Assembly (NCBI GenBank): GCA_049903315.1
Contig: JBNGBT010000003.1
Coordinates: 128,001 to 192,000, forward strand
From: Candidatus Cloacimonadota bacterium
Lineage (GTDB): Bacteria > Cloacimonadota > Cloacimonadia > JGIOTU-2
DNA length: 64,000 nt
Direction: 5' to 3'
The position numbers were made by a program, and so were the translations under genes. Shown here in pieces: positions 53,762 to 63,248 of the stretch; position 1 is the stretch's first letter; every line of letters starts with the position of its first letter. The notes below the pieces were generated by a model, which saw nothing but the letters and a program-made list of their open reading frames with translations, did not search any database and was not told the origin of the DNA.

Positions 53762-55834
53762 TTACTCCTCTCTATTATTGGCGAAATACTGGATAGCAAG
53801 CATTGTGATATCATCGGACTGTGGTGTCCCTTCGGCAAATTTATGAACCTCTTTTATTATCATTTTTAGAATTTCATTGGGTGCTGCATGAGATTGTGTT
53901 CGTAAAGTTTTTTCTAATTTATTTTCCCCAAACAGTTCATCCTTTGTATTTGCTGCTTCGGTAATGCCGTCTGTGTACAGGAATATACTTTGATGGTCTG
54001 ACAATGTCAGGTTTTCTGAAGTATATTCAACCTTTCTCCTTAGTCCAAGTGGTGTTTTATGAGGAAGTTCAATCAATTCTATTTGATCTTCTTTGAGCAA
54101 ATATGGAAGATTGTGTCCTGCACTCGTGAGTGAAATATGGCCATTTTTCACGTTAAGAATCCCAAGTAGAAGCGTGACAAACATGCAATGCTCATTATCC
54201 CTGTAGAGTTCTGTGTTCACTTCAGATATTATTTCAGAAGGAGACGGGATGCCGGATTGTTCCCTTTTGAGCAACATGCTGGTGGCACGTATCAGACTTT
54301 TACTTCGAGCCATGAAAAGAGCTGCAGGCACTCCTTTGTCTGATACATCTCCTATCAAAAAGCATAAGTGATCATCGTCGATAAAGAAGAAATCATAGAG
54401 ATCACCACCAACTTCTTTTGCAGGTTCGAGTAGTGCGTAAATATCAATCTCATTTCTGTCCGGAAAAGCGGGAAAGGCCTGAGGTAGCATGCTCATCTGA
54501 ATTTCATGAGCTATGCGGAGTTCGCTTCGGATTTTCTCGTTAGCCGCAGTGGTGAGTTTGAGATCGGTAATATATTGCTGCAGAGTTCTTTCCATGTTGA
54601 TAAAAGTTCCTGCAAGATGTCCCATTTCATCATGGGAGCTTCTCGTGAGATGAGTTAACTCGGCGGAATCAGTTATACCAAAATTGTTTTCCGTAAGTTG
54701 CCGTGCGTGTGCAGTAAGGGTTTTCACCGGTTTTGTGAAACGGTGAACTATAAAGAAAGTAACCATACTTGCTATAAGTAAAGCGGCTAATGTAATAAGG
54801 AGTTCTCTGTGAAAGATACGTCGCGAAGGCTCCTTCATTTCATCGATATAGAATGCAGATGCGATATACCAATAAAGTGGTTCAAAATAATCTACATATG
54901 CGATTTTTTTGAATTTTTCAGTTCCTTCGTACCCGGGTTTATTCCACAAATATATGTAGGGTTTATCCGGATTTTTTGATGCTTTAACAAGATGTTCCCA
55001 GTGGTCAATTCCCATTCCTGGCTCATCCACATCTGCAAAATCAACCCCTTCCATTGTAGGATGGACAAGAACGATATGGTTCTTATTAAAAATGAAAAAA
55101 TAACCATTCTCACCGATACGGATCTTTGAAAAGGTTTTTCGAAATTCGCTCAGAATTTCTTCAAGTTTGTTTTCAATATCCCTGTCAATATCATCGATAT
55201 AAACTCCCGTTCCGACTATCCAATTCCATGGCTTGAAATAGGAATTGTAGGATAGTTTTTCAACTGGTTTTGTTTCATCGAGACGGATATACCAAAAAGA
55301 CTCAAAACAACTCCCTGTTTTATACACATTATCCTTGATCATCTTAAGCGGATAGTTACCTTTCATATCCTGGTATTCTGTCATATTAGTGCCTTTAATA
55401 TTTGGATCGGGATGTGAAATTGCGACAAGATCTGTATTATAAATGTAAAAATAATCATTATTCCCATAGCGGAAATTTTCAACACTTCCCAAAGCAAATG
55501 CCTTTGCATCCTGCTCAGAAAGTATCCCCTTTTTATAAAGATTGTGGTAATATTCTATGTCTGAAATAACAAGCCCGGTGACGTTCTTGAGTTGCTCTTT
55601 GTATCGGTTTAAGGCATACTCTTTATGAAAAAGCAAGCTGCGATATTCATTTTCAACATACAATTTGATGAGCTTCCGCATATCATGAACTGAACCAGTA
55701 ATAGTATTCCACATGATTTTCTCGACTTCATACTGAGTGAGAAGCATAAATGCAACTGTTGTGCAAACAAGTATGACAAGAATGAGAAGGAGCATCTTTG
55801 TGGTAAAAGAAAGGGAGTGCAATGATATTTTCAT
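53762..55834 (-). CDS. Cache + HAMP + SpoIIE/PP2C membrane phosphatase
   Basis: Cache (RYGNNDYFYIY, WIVGTGVYIDD, GENGYFF), HAMP, EPAKEVGGDLYDFF, GDVSDKG, YTDG, SDDIT. Confidence 0.92.
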   Translation of the reverse strand: MKISLHSLSFTTKMLLLILVILVCTTVAFMLLTQYEVEKIMWNTITGSVHDMRKLIKLYVENEYRSLLFHKEYALNRYKEQLKNVTGLVISDIEYYHNLYKKGILSEQDAKAFALGSVENFRYGNNDYFYIYNTDLVAISHPDPNIKGTNMTEYQDMKGNYPLKMIKDNVYKTGSCFESFWYIRLDETKPVEKLSYNSYFKPWNWIVGTGVYIDDIDRDIENKLEEILSEFRKTFSKIRIGENGYFFIFNKNHIVLVHPTMEGVDFADVDEPGMGIDHWEHLVKASKNPDKPYIYLWNKPGYEGTEKFKKIAYVDYFEPLYWYIASAFYIDEMKEPSRRIFHRELLITLAALLIASMVTFFIVHRFTKPVKTLTAHARQLTENNFGITDSAELTHLTRSSHDEMGHLAGTFINMERTLQQYITDLKLTTAANEKIRSELRIAHEIQMSMLPQAFPAFPDRNEIDIYALLEPAKEVGGDLYDFFFIDDDHLCFLIGDVSDKGVPAALFMARSKSLIRATSMLLKREQSGIPSPSEIISEVNTELYRDNEHCMFVTLLLGILNVKNGHISLTSAGHNLPYLLKEDQIELIELPHKTPLGLRRKVEYTSENLTLSDHQSIFLYTDGITEAANTKDELFGENKLEKTLRTQSHAAPNEILKMIIKEVHKFAEGTPQSDDITMLAIQYFANNREE

Positions 55835-55908
55835 TCTATCTTACAATCCTTATGCCGTTGTTCGATTGATTTCATTCATTAAGCTTTCCTGCTATAAGAA
55901 TGTTGTAG

Positions 55909-55931
55909 TGTCAAGAATAATTTAATTGACA
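55909..55931. promoter_or_regulatory. Back-to-back -35-like boxes of divergent promoters
   Basis: TGTCAA-N11-TTGACA between divergent genes starting at 55834 (-) and 55970 (+). Confidence 0.5.
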
Positions 55932-55969
55932 GAAATTATTTATTTGTGCAATGCCATGTTAAGGTAACA

Positions 55970-56143
55970 ATGGGCAAAGAAAGAGATGAGCTTATAAGAA
56001 GACTTGGCGGAAAACCAATCAGTGAATTGAATCTTACCGATGAAGACATCGAACGTCTGGCACGAGAGAGCTATAAAAAAAGAGGGGAGATCCCACCCGA
56101 TATACGCCAATTGATAGAAGAATGGATAAAATGGAAGGATTGA
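55970..56143 (+). CDS. Small charged helical hypothetical protein (57 aa)
   Basis: AAGG RBS, upstream TTGACA; fills the gap between oppositely oriented genes. Confidence 0.6.
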   Translation: MGKERDELIRRLGGKPISELNLTDEDIERLARESYKKRGEIPPDIRQLIEEWIKWKD

Positions 56144-56155
56144 ACGGAGCTTATT

Positions 56156-57661
56156 TCACTTTATGAGCACGCACTTTCCTGTATCAGTCGCTACGTTATT
56201 AACCTTCAAATTATAGAAATAAATTCCACTCGGAACTTGTTGATCAGCATCATTTTTTCCGTCCCAGATCATTGAATGTGAACCTGTATCAAAATATGAG
56301 GGTAGCATGCTTCTAATCTTTTGCCCTTTGAGATTGAAAATATCTATCAGCACCTGTGCTTGTGTTGCAAGAGAGAAGGAAATCATCGTGGAGTTAGTGA
56401 AAGGATTGGGAACGTTCCCAATAAGATCACAGACAGCTTCTTCAATTTGCGGGTCTTGCGCAACACCGATATATATAGGATCAAAATCAACAATCCCGTA
56501 TGATGGATTATCATTCCCATCGATAATAGTTTCTGCAATCTCGGTATAATTGTCACTATCCCACGAATTATTTTCTGCTTTCATATCTAAAGGGGATCCA
56601 TTATACACACTAAAAGTTGTTCCCGTTCCATCAATATTGTCGTGTATATTATTCTCACCATCGTCATTCGTACTCAAGTTGCCAAGATCTCCAAGATTAG
56701 AAGTTGCATTATTGATGCAGTAGAAGCCACAAAAATTGAAAGCAACTTCATTTTGTACGAAAGTGCCATTCGTGCCTGATCCATAGAGCATGACCCCCGC
56801 ACCCGAGTTCGGGTCACCGGCAATAAAATTATTACAAATCTCATTATTCTTATAATAGCCTTGTCCATTATAGAGATATATTCCCGTGAGATTGAATTCT
56901 ATGATATTATTTTCGACGTGAGGTGCTACTTCACCATAATTATAAAGATTTGCAAGTGTGATGCCTTGCTTGTCATTATGGTGAATGTGGTTGTTGGTAA
57001 TCGTTGGATTGCATTCGCCAGTTGAAGTCTGTATGGCGAGTTGAATTGCAGGCCAATAGGAAGTTCCCTGCCCGCACGCTTTTATGTCACAGTTATCTAC
57101 AAGAGCATTTGAATTTTCTGTGATGAGGATTCCGCACTGCTCACACGTGGTTATGAAGGAATGAGAGATTTCCATATAAGAGGGATTTTCATCACTCATT
57201 GCAGAAAAATGTATTGCTTTTCTGTGATTATCGAAGAAACAGTTTTGAATGATAACTTGAGCATTTACCGAGTGAATTCCATACCCGTTTGTGCCGGCAG
57301 TATTTGAAATTCTGCAATAACTAAATGTGCTCTGATTGAGCTCATCCTCAAGACGAATGCCTTCCCAGGTTGTCGTACCTTGTCCATAAAATTTGATTGA
57401 ATCAGTTTCGGTTCCCTGTACTGTTATAAATCCTTCAGCAGTAATTCTAAAATTTCCCTGTACTTCGACAAGTACGCCCGGTTCTATAATGAGAGAGTTT
57501 CCGGCAGGAATAGTTATTGCACCAATGACGTAATATGGACTACCTGCCAATGTCCAGGTTCCGGATTGATTGCCTGATACATTTGTATTACACATGCCGG
57601 TACATGGGATGAGTAAAATTGCTAAGATGCTTATAATAATAATCAGTATTTTTTGTTTCAT
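56156..57661 (-). CDS. Secreted right-handed beta-helix protein with FlgD-like/C-terminal sorting domain
   Basis: Signal peptide (MKQKIL..., GGAG RBS), GTWTLAGSPY, Asn-rich parallel beta-helix repeats, GNVPNPF...FNLKGQKI...WDGKND...SGIYFY. Confidence 0.85.
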   Translation of the reverse strand: MKQKILIIIISILAILLIPCTGMCNTNVSGNQSGTWTLAGSPYYVIGAITIPAGNSLIIEPGVLVEVQGNFRITAEGFITVQGTETDSIKFYGQGTTTWEGIRLEDELNQSTFSYCRISNTAGTNGYGIHSVNAQVIIQNCFFDNHRKAIHFSAMSDENPSYMEISHSFITTCEQCGILITENSNALVDNCDIKACGQGTSYWPAIQLAIQTSTGECNPTITNNHIHHNDKQGITLANLYNYGEVAPHVENNIIEFNLTGIYLYNGQGYYKNNEICNNFIAGDPNSGAGVMLYGSGTNGTFVQNEVAFNFCGFYCINNATSNLGDLGNLSTNDDGENNIHDNIDGTGTTFSVYNGSPLDMKAENNSWDSDNYTEIAETIIDGNDNPSYGIVDFDPIYIGVAQDPQIEEAVCDLIGNVPNPFTNSTMISFSLATQAQVLIDIFNLKGQKIRSMLPSYFDTGSHSMIWDGKNDADQQVPSGIYFYNLKVNNVATDTGKCVLIK

Positions 57662-57820
57662 ATTGCTCCTGCCTGTATAGTTGTTTGCGAGGTTTGTAAT
57701 TCTCTTAAAAAAATATGTCAAGGTAAAACTTATATCAGAAAATAACTCCAATTCGAGATTGTATTGGCTTGGAAATTATCGCGATACGAAGAATGAAATC
57801 AAAAAAGCTGAGAGGATATA

Positions 57821-60454
57821 TTACGTATCTTCCTCTTTTGGGATCGGCAAATTCTCAGTTTCACAAATCTCTTTTAGTCTGGAAAACGACCATTCAGCCT
57901 GATAATTGAAGAAATAGCCATATGGTTTTTGGAGTATATCAATCAAATCCCGGGTATTAGTATCAGTATTTTTCTGGCTGTATGATTTAATTTTTTTTAA
58001 ATCCTTGTCGGAAAGTTTCAGCGTGATAAAAGTCAAAACATTACCCAGTTTTAGTTTGATATGTCCTAAACCGTCTTCGAGGATTTTTTTTCGAGCCCTG
58101 TTCACCTCTCTTTCGCCCACCTTATTTAAGACATTTGTATATTTTTCAAAAAGAATGTATTCATTCAGCATCTCTAAAATCAAATCATCGGAGAACGCGT
58201 TCCAGAATGCAACAGAGTGCTGCTGGCAGAGGAATCTGCCCAGCATGAATGAACCTGCCGTGTAACCCTGTAAATTTTTCTTTCTGCAAACTGGAATGAT
58301 CAACTTGAAAAGTGTGACCTTTCTATCCAAAGATAGAAGTTGATAGAGTTTGTGTTGATCTTGATGGCTTCCTAGTTCGCTTTGTAAGAGTTCCTCAATG
58401 TAAAAATCTGTATTGGAATCAAACCAGGAGTTCATGAGTTTTTTTGCTTTTTGGGGATCTTTCTGCAGGTTGTTTCTTACCAATTTTATCAATTCATCAA
58501 GTTTTACAATATGATCTACCTGCATATTTTCTATGAGTTGATCGTACACCTTGAATGCTTTCGCCATATTCTCGAATACTGTTCTTTCCTTCTTCTCCAT
58601 TTCCAGTTTTTCGCCGTTCAAATATCTTTGGAATCGAGCCGGCTTATAATCTGCTTGTCCACAAAAAATGGTCTGTCTTTTACTGGAAATCGTAATTTGA
58701 TCTCCCTCTGAGATTGTCATACCGTTTTCATTTACAAGATGATTTCCTTTTAGGGTAACACCAAATTTTTCCAGATTTAGAAAAGCGGGAACTCCATAAC
58801 TCCGGCAGGCAGTGACGACATGGATTGCAGCAGGGGTCAGGCTTACTATTGCATCAACCTCTGCCATAACCAGAGTGTCAGACGGAACGAAGCTTTCTCT
58901 GCATATGCAGACTTTTTCTCCTCGCTTTTTTGCTTCCATGGCAGCGGCTGCTGAAAAATATGCTTTTGCAGAAACTGCTGTTCTGGGCAAAATTGATACA
59001 CCTTTGCAGAAAAATTTCAATGTTTTGAATGATCTGTCATCGATTCTGTCTGAAAATATTTGTGTAAGATGATAGGGCTTGATCAACTCTATTACACGCT
59101 CGGCATCAATGACCTTTTTTTGGTAGAGATCAATTGCAGAAAGAAGAGTCGCTCTTCCAGTCAACTCGGAAGTGTTTAGCTGTAATACTGCAAAAAGATA
59201 TGCATCATCATAAGATTCCGCAGCAAATTCTACTGTCACCGGGGACTTTAATTTTTTCTCCAATTCCCGGAGTAGTGGCTCAAAATGATACACTGCCGGA
59301 TACATATTTTTAATAGATTCGCGATTAAAAAACTCATGATCATTCGTTTCGATGAGTCCGGTCATGATCTCTTCACCAAAAATATTCGGTAGACTCTCTA
59401 CTTGAATACCTAAACCAGTTCGGGCGTGACGGCTGTATAAAACGCCAGGATAAGATTCGTCTCCCCGTACAGTCCATACCATTTTTTGCAAAATAATTGA
59501 TGGGAATTTCTCACCTTTTCTTACAAATGTATGAAGTAAATCCTGATTTTTCTCAAAGTATTCATAAGCCCTTCGCAAGAAAAAACAGACCTGATAAAAG
59601 GCATCATGTAAAAGCCGTTCGTCTTGAACAGAAATGCGCTTGTAGTGATAGTCGATCTCCTCATCGATACGATCCACTTCGATATTTTGCTCTGTCTCAT
59701 ATCCTCCAAAGAGGTTCAGTTCGAGGGTTCGCAGATTACTCAGATATATTTTTTTTGCAACAGTTTTTCCTAAAATTTTACTGAGAACCGGAAAATTTTT
59801 GCTGGTCACACCCACATTTAAAAAGGTGGGCATCAAGCCGGGGATATACGAGGGCATCGCAGAGCGCATTGCAATGATAAGAGGTTTGTCTTCCGAACCA
59901 AACTTCTGGGCAGACATCTGCTCCAGATTTTTTATAGCTTTATAAATATTTGCCTTTCTTTCTTCCTGTGATAGAAAGTAATTGTTGGAAGTAAGTATGC
60001 AAAAATCCGGTACAGGATAACCCTCTTGAATAATATCCAGTAACTTAGTGCCCTTATGACTTATCAAATCTACATCAAACATATTTTGCGTGCAAGAAGG
60101 CACTATTGATTCATTTTCCACAAAATTTAAATTTTGAAATTCTCTTTGTCTCTCTGCGATAAAATCATGAATTTGGTTTGTTAACCTTTTGGCAGCTTCC
60201 ACATCCTGACGCGAGGAAAGAATATTTTCAAGAATATCATGTCTTGCAGGAGCTGGATTCATGCAAAGATACACGCTTTCGCAATCAGTCAGGACGAGTG
60301 AGCCCGATTCGCCTCCCATAAGTTGATAATCCATTTCCACTGGCAAATAACCAGGGAGATAGCATTTATCCTTATCAATATCTCCATTTAAGAATTGTTG
60401 TACCACATTGAAATTAAGATAATTTCCTCTAAATTTGAATGCCTTTAACACCAT
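57821..60454 (-). CDS. Pyruvate-phosphate-dikinase-like protein: ATP-grasp + phospho-His swivel domain, without the pyruvate barrel
   Basis: HKGTKL..GYPVP, AMRS..PGLM.TFLNVG, LQKMV, GEEIMTG, VEF, LQL, AIHVVTACRSYG, EGDQIT; no PEP-utiliser C-terminal motifs; GAGGAG RBS. Confidence 0.8.
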   Translation of the reverse strand: MVLKAFKFRGNYLNFNVVQQFLNGDIDKDKCYLPGYLPVEMDYQLMGGESGSLVLTDCESVYLCMNPAPARHDILENILSSRQDVEAAKRLTNQIHDFIAERQREFQNLNFVENESIVPSCTQNMFDVDLISHKGTKLLDIIQEGYPVPDFCILTSNNYFLSQEERKANIYKAIKNLEQMSAQKFGSEDKPLIIAMRSAMPSYIPGLMPTFLNVGVTSKNFPVLSKILGKTVAKKIYLSNLRTLELNLFGGYETEQNIEVDRIDEEIDYHYKRISVQDERLLHDAFYQVCFFLRRAYEYFEKNQDLLHTFVRKGEKFPSIILQKMVWTVRGDESYPGVLYSRHARTGLGIQVESLPNIFGEEIMTGLIETNDHEFFNRESIKNMYPAVYHFEPLLRELEKKLKSPVTVEFAAESYDDAYLFAVLQLNTSELTGRATLLSAIDLYQKKVIDAERVIELIKPYHLTQIFSDRIDDRSFKTLKFFCKGVSILPRTAVSAKAYFSAAAAMEAKKRGEKVCICRESFVPSDTLVMAEVDAIVSLTPAAIHVVTACRSYGVPAFLNLEKFGVTLKGNHLVNENGMTISEGDQITISSKRQTIFCGQADYKPARFQRYLNGEKLEMEKKERTVFENMAKAFKVYDQLIENMQVDHIVKLDELIKLVRNNLQKDPQKAKKLMNSWFDSNTDFYIEELLQSELGSHQDQHKLYQLLSLDRKVTLFKLIIPVCRKKNLQGYTAGSFMLGRFLCQQHSVAFWNAFSDDLILEMLNEYILFEKYTNVLNKVGEREVNRARKKILEDGLGHIKLKLGNVLTFITLKLSDKDLKKIKSYSQKNTDTNTRDLIDILQKPYGYFFNYQAEWSFSRLKEICETENLPIPKEEDT

Positions 60455-60596
60455 ACTCCTCTTTGAACTATTACACTAAATATTGTGCAAGATTATCATC
60501 TATAAAATTTATTTCATGCAAAGACCGGTGTTGGATGGATGAACGGATTAATGAAATTTCATCAGTATATTGAGGGTAGGTCTTGTTCACGATTTA

Positions 60597-63236
60597 TTAG
60601 AAAATGATCGTATATGATGTTCCATTTTTCTGATTTAATTTTAATGTTCCATTCAGCTGGGAAATAAGATCCTGAATAAGCTGGAGCCCGAGTGAAGATT
60701 GACCGGCATTCTTAAGATCTTCAGTAAATCCTACTCCATCATCTCTAATTATGAGCTTATTTTTTCCTGCCTTGGTTTTTTTCATAGAGATGTACACTGT
60801 TCCTGTTTTGTCATCTGGAAATGCGTGTTTGAAAATATTGGTAAGTATTTCATTGCAGAGGAGTCCGCACGGAACCGCCTGGTTGAGATCGAGAGTAATA
60901 GGCTCTGCATCAATCTCAAAATTGATCTTGCTTTGCGGCATTCCCGTTGAACTAAACAGCGTATTGAATAATTCTTTTATATAATCTGCGAAATTGATAT
61001 CGATGAAATTCTCCGACTCATACAGCTTTTCATGTATGATTGCCATTGAACGTATCCTGTTCTCCACAATTTTAAACTTATCCACTATTGCTTCATCTTC
61101 GATATAAAGTGATTGTAAATGCAAGAGGCTGATGATGATCTGCATATTGTTTTTTACACGGTGATGGATCTCTTGCAGCATAACAACTTTTTCTTTCAAA
61201 GAATTTTCGACTTCGCGTTGGGAATTTTTTATGTCCGAAATATCCGCAAAAACCCCAAATGAGCCTACGTATTCATCATTTTCAAAAAGCGGTGTCGCAT
61301 TGATAAGCAAGGATTTTATTTCCTCATTATAGGTCTGGCATCGAATTTCGAATCTGTCCTGTTTGCCCTCCTTTCTTCTCTGGGTCTGAAACAGGAGTTG
61401 CTCCAAATCCTCTTTCAATATGACATTTTTTAGATTTGTACCTTTAAGGTCTTCGAAAGGTATGTCAAAAATAACTCCTGCTGCTTGATTTGCAAAAACG
61501 ATATTCTCATCTTCATCCACAAGCATAATACCTTCTTGCATTGTCTCGATGAGGTTTCTGTATTTTTCTTCGCTTTTCTGGAGCGCATTGAATATCTCTT
61601 TCTGTTCAGTACTATCTCGCTTGATCGCAACATAAAAGATGACGTTCCTGTCATGGTCCATAATTGGGAATGCTGAAATATCTATATAGAGATCTCGTCC
61701 GGCAGAGGTTTTCATATACGTCTCTGCACGGTAGAATTCATATTCGAGAAGCGCATCTCTCATTTCATTAAAATTTTCTTCACCCATATATACTGCAGGA
61801 GTTTCATCTTTAAGAGCTTCATTTGAATAGCCGAACAATTTTCTGTGAGAGGGGTTCTGTTCATAGAACGTAAAATCGGGTTTGATTATTTCGATGCTGT
61901 CAGTCGAGTAGTAAAAAACTTCTTTGAATAGTTGCAGGTTTTCTTCTGCTTTTGTTCTTTCATCGATGAGTTTATTGGCAGATTCTGCGATCGCCTGAAA
62001 TTCGGAAAAATGTACAGTGTCGGGCTGTATTTGTACATTTTCATTTTCTGCTTTTTGAAAGAATGCTACAAATGTTTTGAAATTATTCTTTAATTTTGCG
62101 GAGATATAAATAGAGGTATTTGCGATAATGACAACGATAAGAGCGAGAAGACCTATCACTTTTAGTATATGATTATTAATGCGTTCCCTTAATACGGTTT
62201 TTTCTTGAGCGATCAAGAATTCAATATCATCAAGATATACTCCTGCACCGATGATCCATTTCCATTCCGGCAAACCTTCAATGTATGAAATTTTAGGATG
62301 AGATTCATTGTCGTCGATTTTATTCCAACTATACTCTATAAAACCACTTCCCTGTTCCTCAACAATTTTCCGTTCATCCTGGATAATTTTCATACCCTCA
62401 CTATCGGTCAGGTTCCAGATATTCTCAGTTCCAAGTGTGATCGTGCCATTTGAAAAAAGAGGATCACCGTCGTAGGTAACTCCAAATATGTACCCATTTT
62501 CGCCAAACCGGACATTTGCCAGGCGTTCTATTGTAGAATATTTCAATTCTTCAATATAGCTTTCATAATAATCACCAAGTGCGATTATCCAGTCATAAGG
62601 TTCAAAATATTTGACGTATGTCAGTTTAAGATAAGGTTTTTTTGAAGGATCATTTGGGATTGGACGATAATACTCTATAAATCCTTCTCCCTGACTTTTT
62701 GCTTTTTTAATGTATTCGCGAACAAAATAAAAACCATTCACATCCCTTTGCTCCAATCGGTTATTGCCCTCTTCGGATTCAATAGGATTGTTGTTTTTAT
62801 CAGATTGAAGGAGAAGTGCAGTTCCATCACCAGCTGTCACCGAATAATATCCTCGACCATAATTTTGTTTAAGAGGACGCAATACCGAGAGTATAAGTTT
62901 TTTAAGCTCCTGCTCCGGCATGGAATATCTGTTTTCATAATAGAGGTGTTCTACGATATCATAACCCTGATAAAGCTGGGATCGTACCCGATTTCTTAAA
63001 TCTTCACTGGCTTTATTGATACTTAACGTAATAAATTCAATTGAGTTTTGGACCTCATATTTTATAATTTGTTTGTTCTTTTCAATAAATTGTTCGCGGA
63101 TATCATGTGTTGATTGATTGAACTGTATGTATTCCTGGGAAATAAGGAAATATCCAAGCATTGCTATAGAAATGGTCGTAACCAGCAGCATGCTTATAAT
63201 AAATAGTCTGGATACACTTCGAGCTTTTTTCTTCAT
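60597..63236 (-). CDS. Membrane sensor histidine kinase: 2x Cache, 2x PAS, HisKA_2 + HATPase
   Basis: EIHHRVKNNMQ H-box, NEILTNIFKHAF, DDGVG, SLGLQL; Cache motifs (GENGYIF, WIIGAGVYLDD). Confidence 0.92.
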   Translation of the reverse strand: MKKKARSVSRLFIISMLLVTTISIAMLGYFLISQEYIQFNQSTHDIREQFIEKNKQIIKYEVQNSIEFITLSINKASEDLRNRVRSQLYQGYDIVEHLYYENRYSMPEQELKKLILSVLRPLKQNYGRGYYSVTAGDGTALLLQSDKNNNPIESEEGNNRLEQRDVNGFYFVREYIKKAKSQGEGFIEYYRPIPNDPSKKPYLKLTYVKYFEPYDWIIALGDYYESYIEELKYSTIERLANVRFGENGYIFGVTYDGDPLFSNGTITLGTENIWNLTDSEGMKIIQDERKIVEEQGSGFIEYSWNKIDDNESHPKISYIEGLPEWKWIIGAGVYLDDIEFLIAQEKTVLRERINNHILKVIGLLALIVVIIANTSIYISAKLKNNFKTFVAFFQKAENENVQIQPDTVHFSEFQAIAESANKLIDERTKAEENLQLFKEVFYYSTDSIEIIKPDFTFYEQNPSHRKLFGYSNEALKDETPAVYMGEENFNEMRDALLEYEFYRAETYMKTSAGRDLYIDISAFPIMDHDRNVIFYVAIKRDSTEQKEIFNALQKSEEKYRNLIETMQEGIMLVDEDENIVFANQAAGVIFDIPFEDLKGTNLKNVILKEDLEQLLFQTQRRKEGKQDRFEIRCQTYNEEIKSLLINATPLFENDEYVGSFGVFADISDIKNSQREVENSLKEKVVMLQEIHHRVKNNMQIIISLLHLQSLYIEDEAIVDKFKIVENRIRSMAIIHEKLYESENFIDINFADYIKELFNTLFSSTGMPQSKINFEIDAEPITLDLNQAVPCGLLCNEILTNIFKHAFPDDKTGTVYISMKKTKAGKNKLIIRDDGVGFTEDLKNAGQSSLGLQLIQDLISQLNGTLKLNQKNGTSYTIIF

Positions 63237-63248
63237 ATTCAATATATT

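Noticed and set aside
53758..53838. N-terminal extension of the second STAS ORF
   Set aside because: Overlaps the PP2C gene; the RBS supports the ATG at 53757
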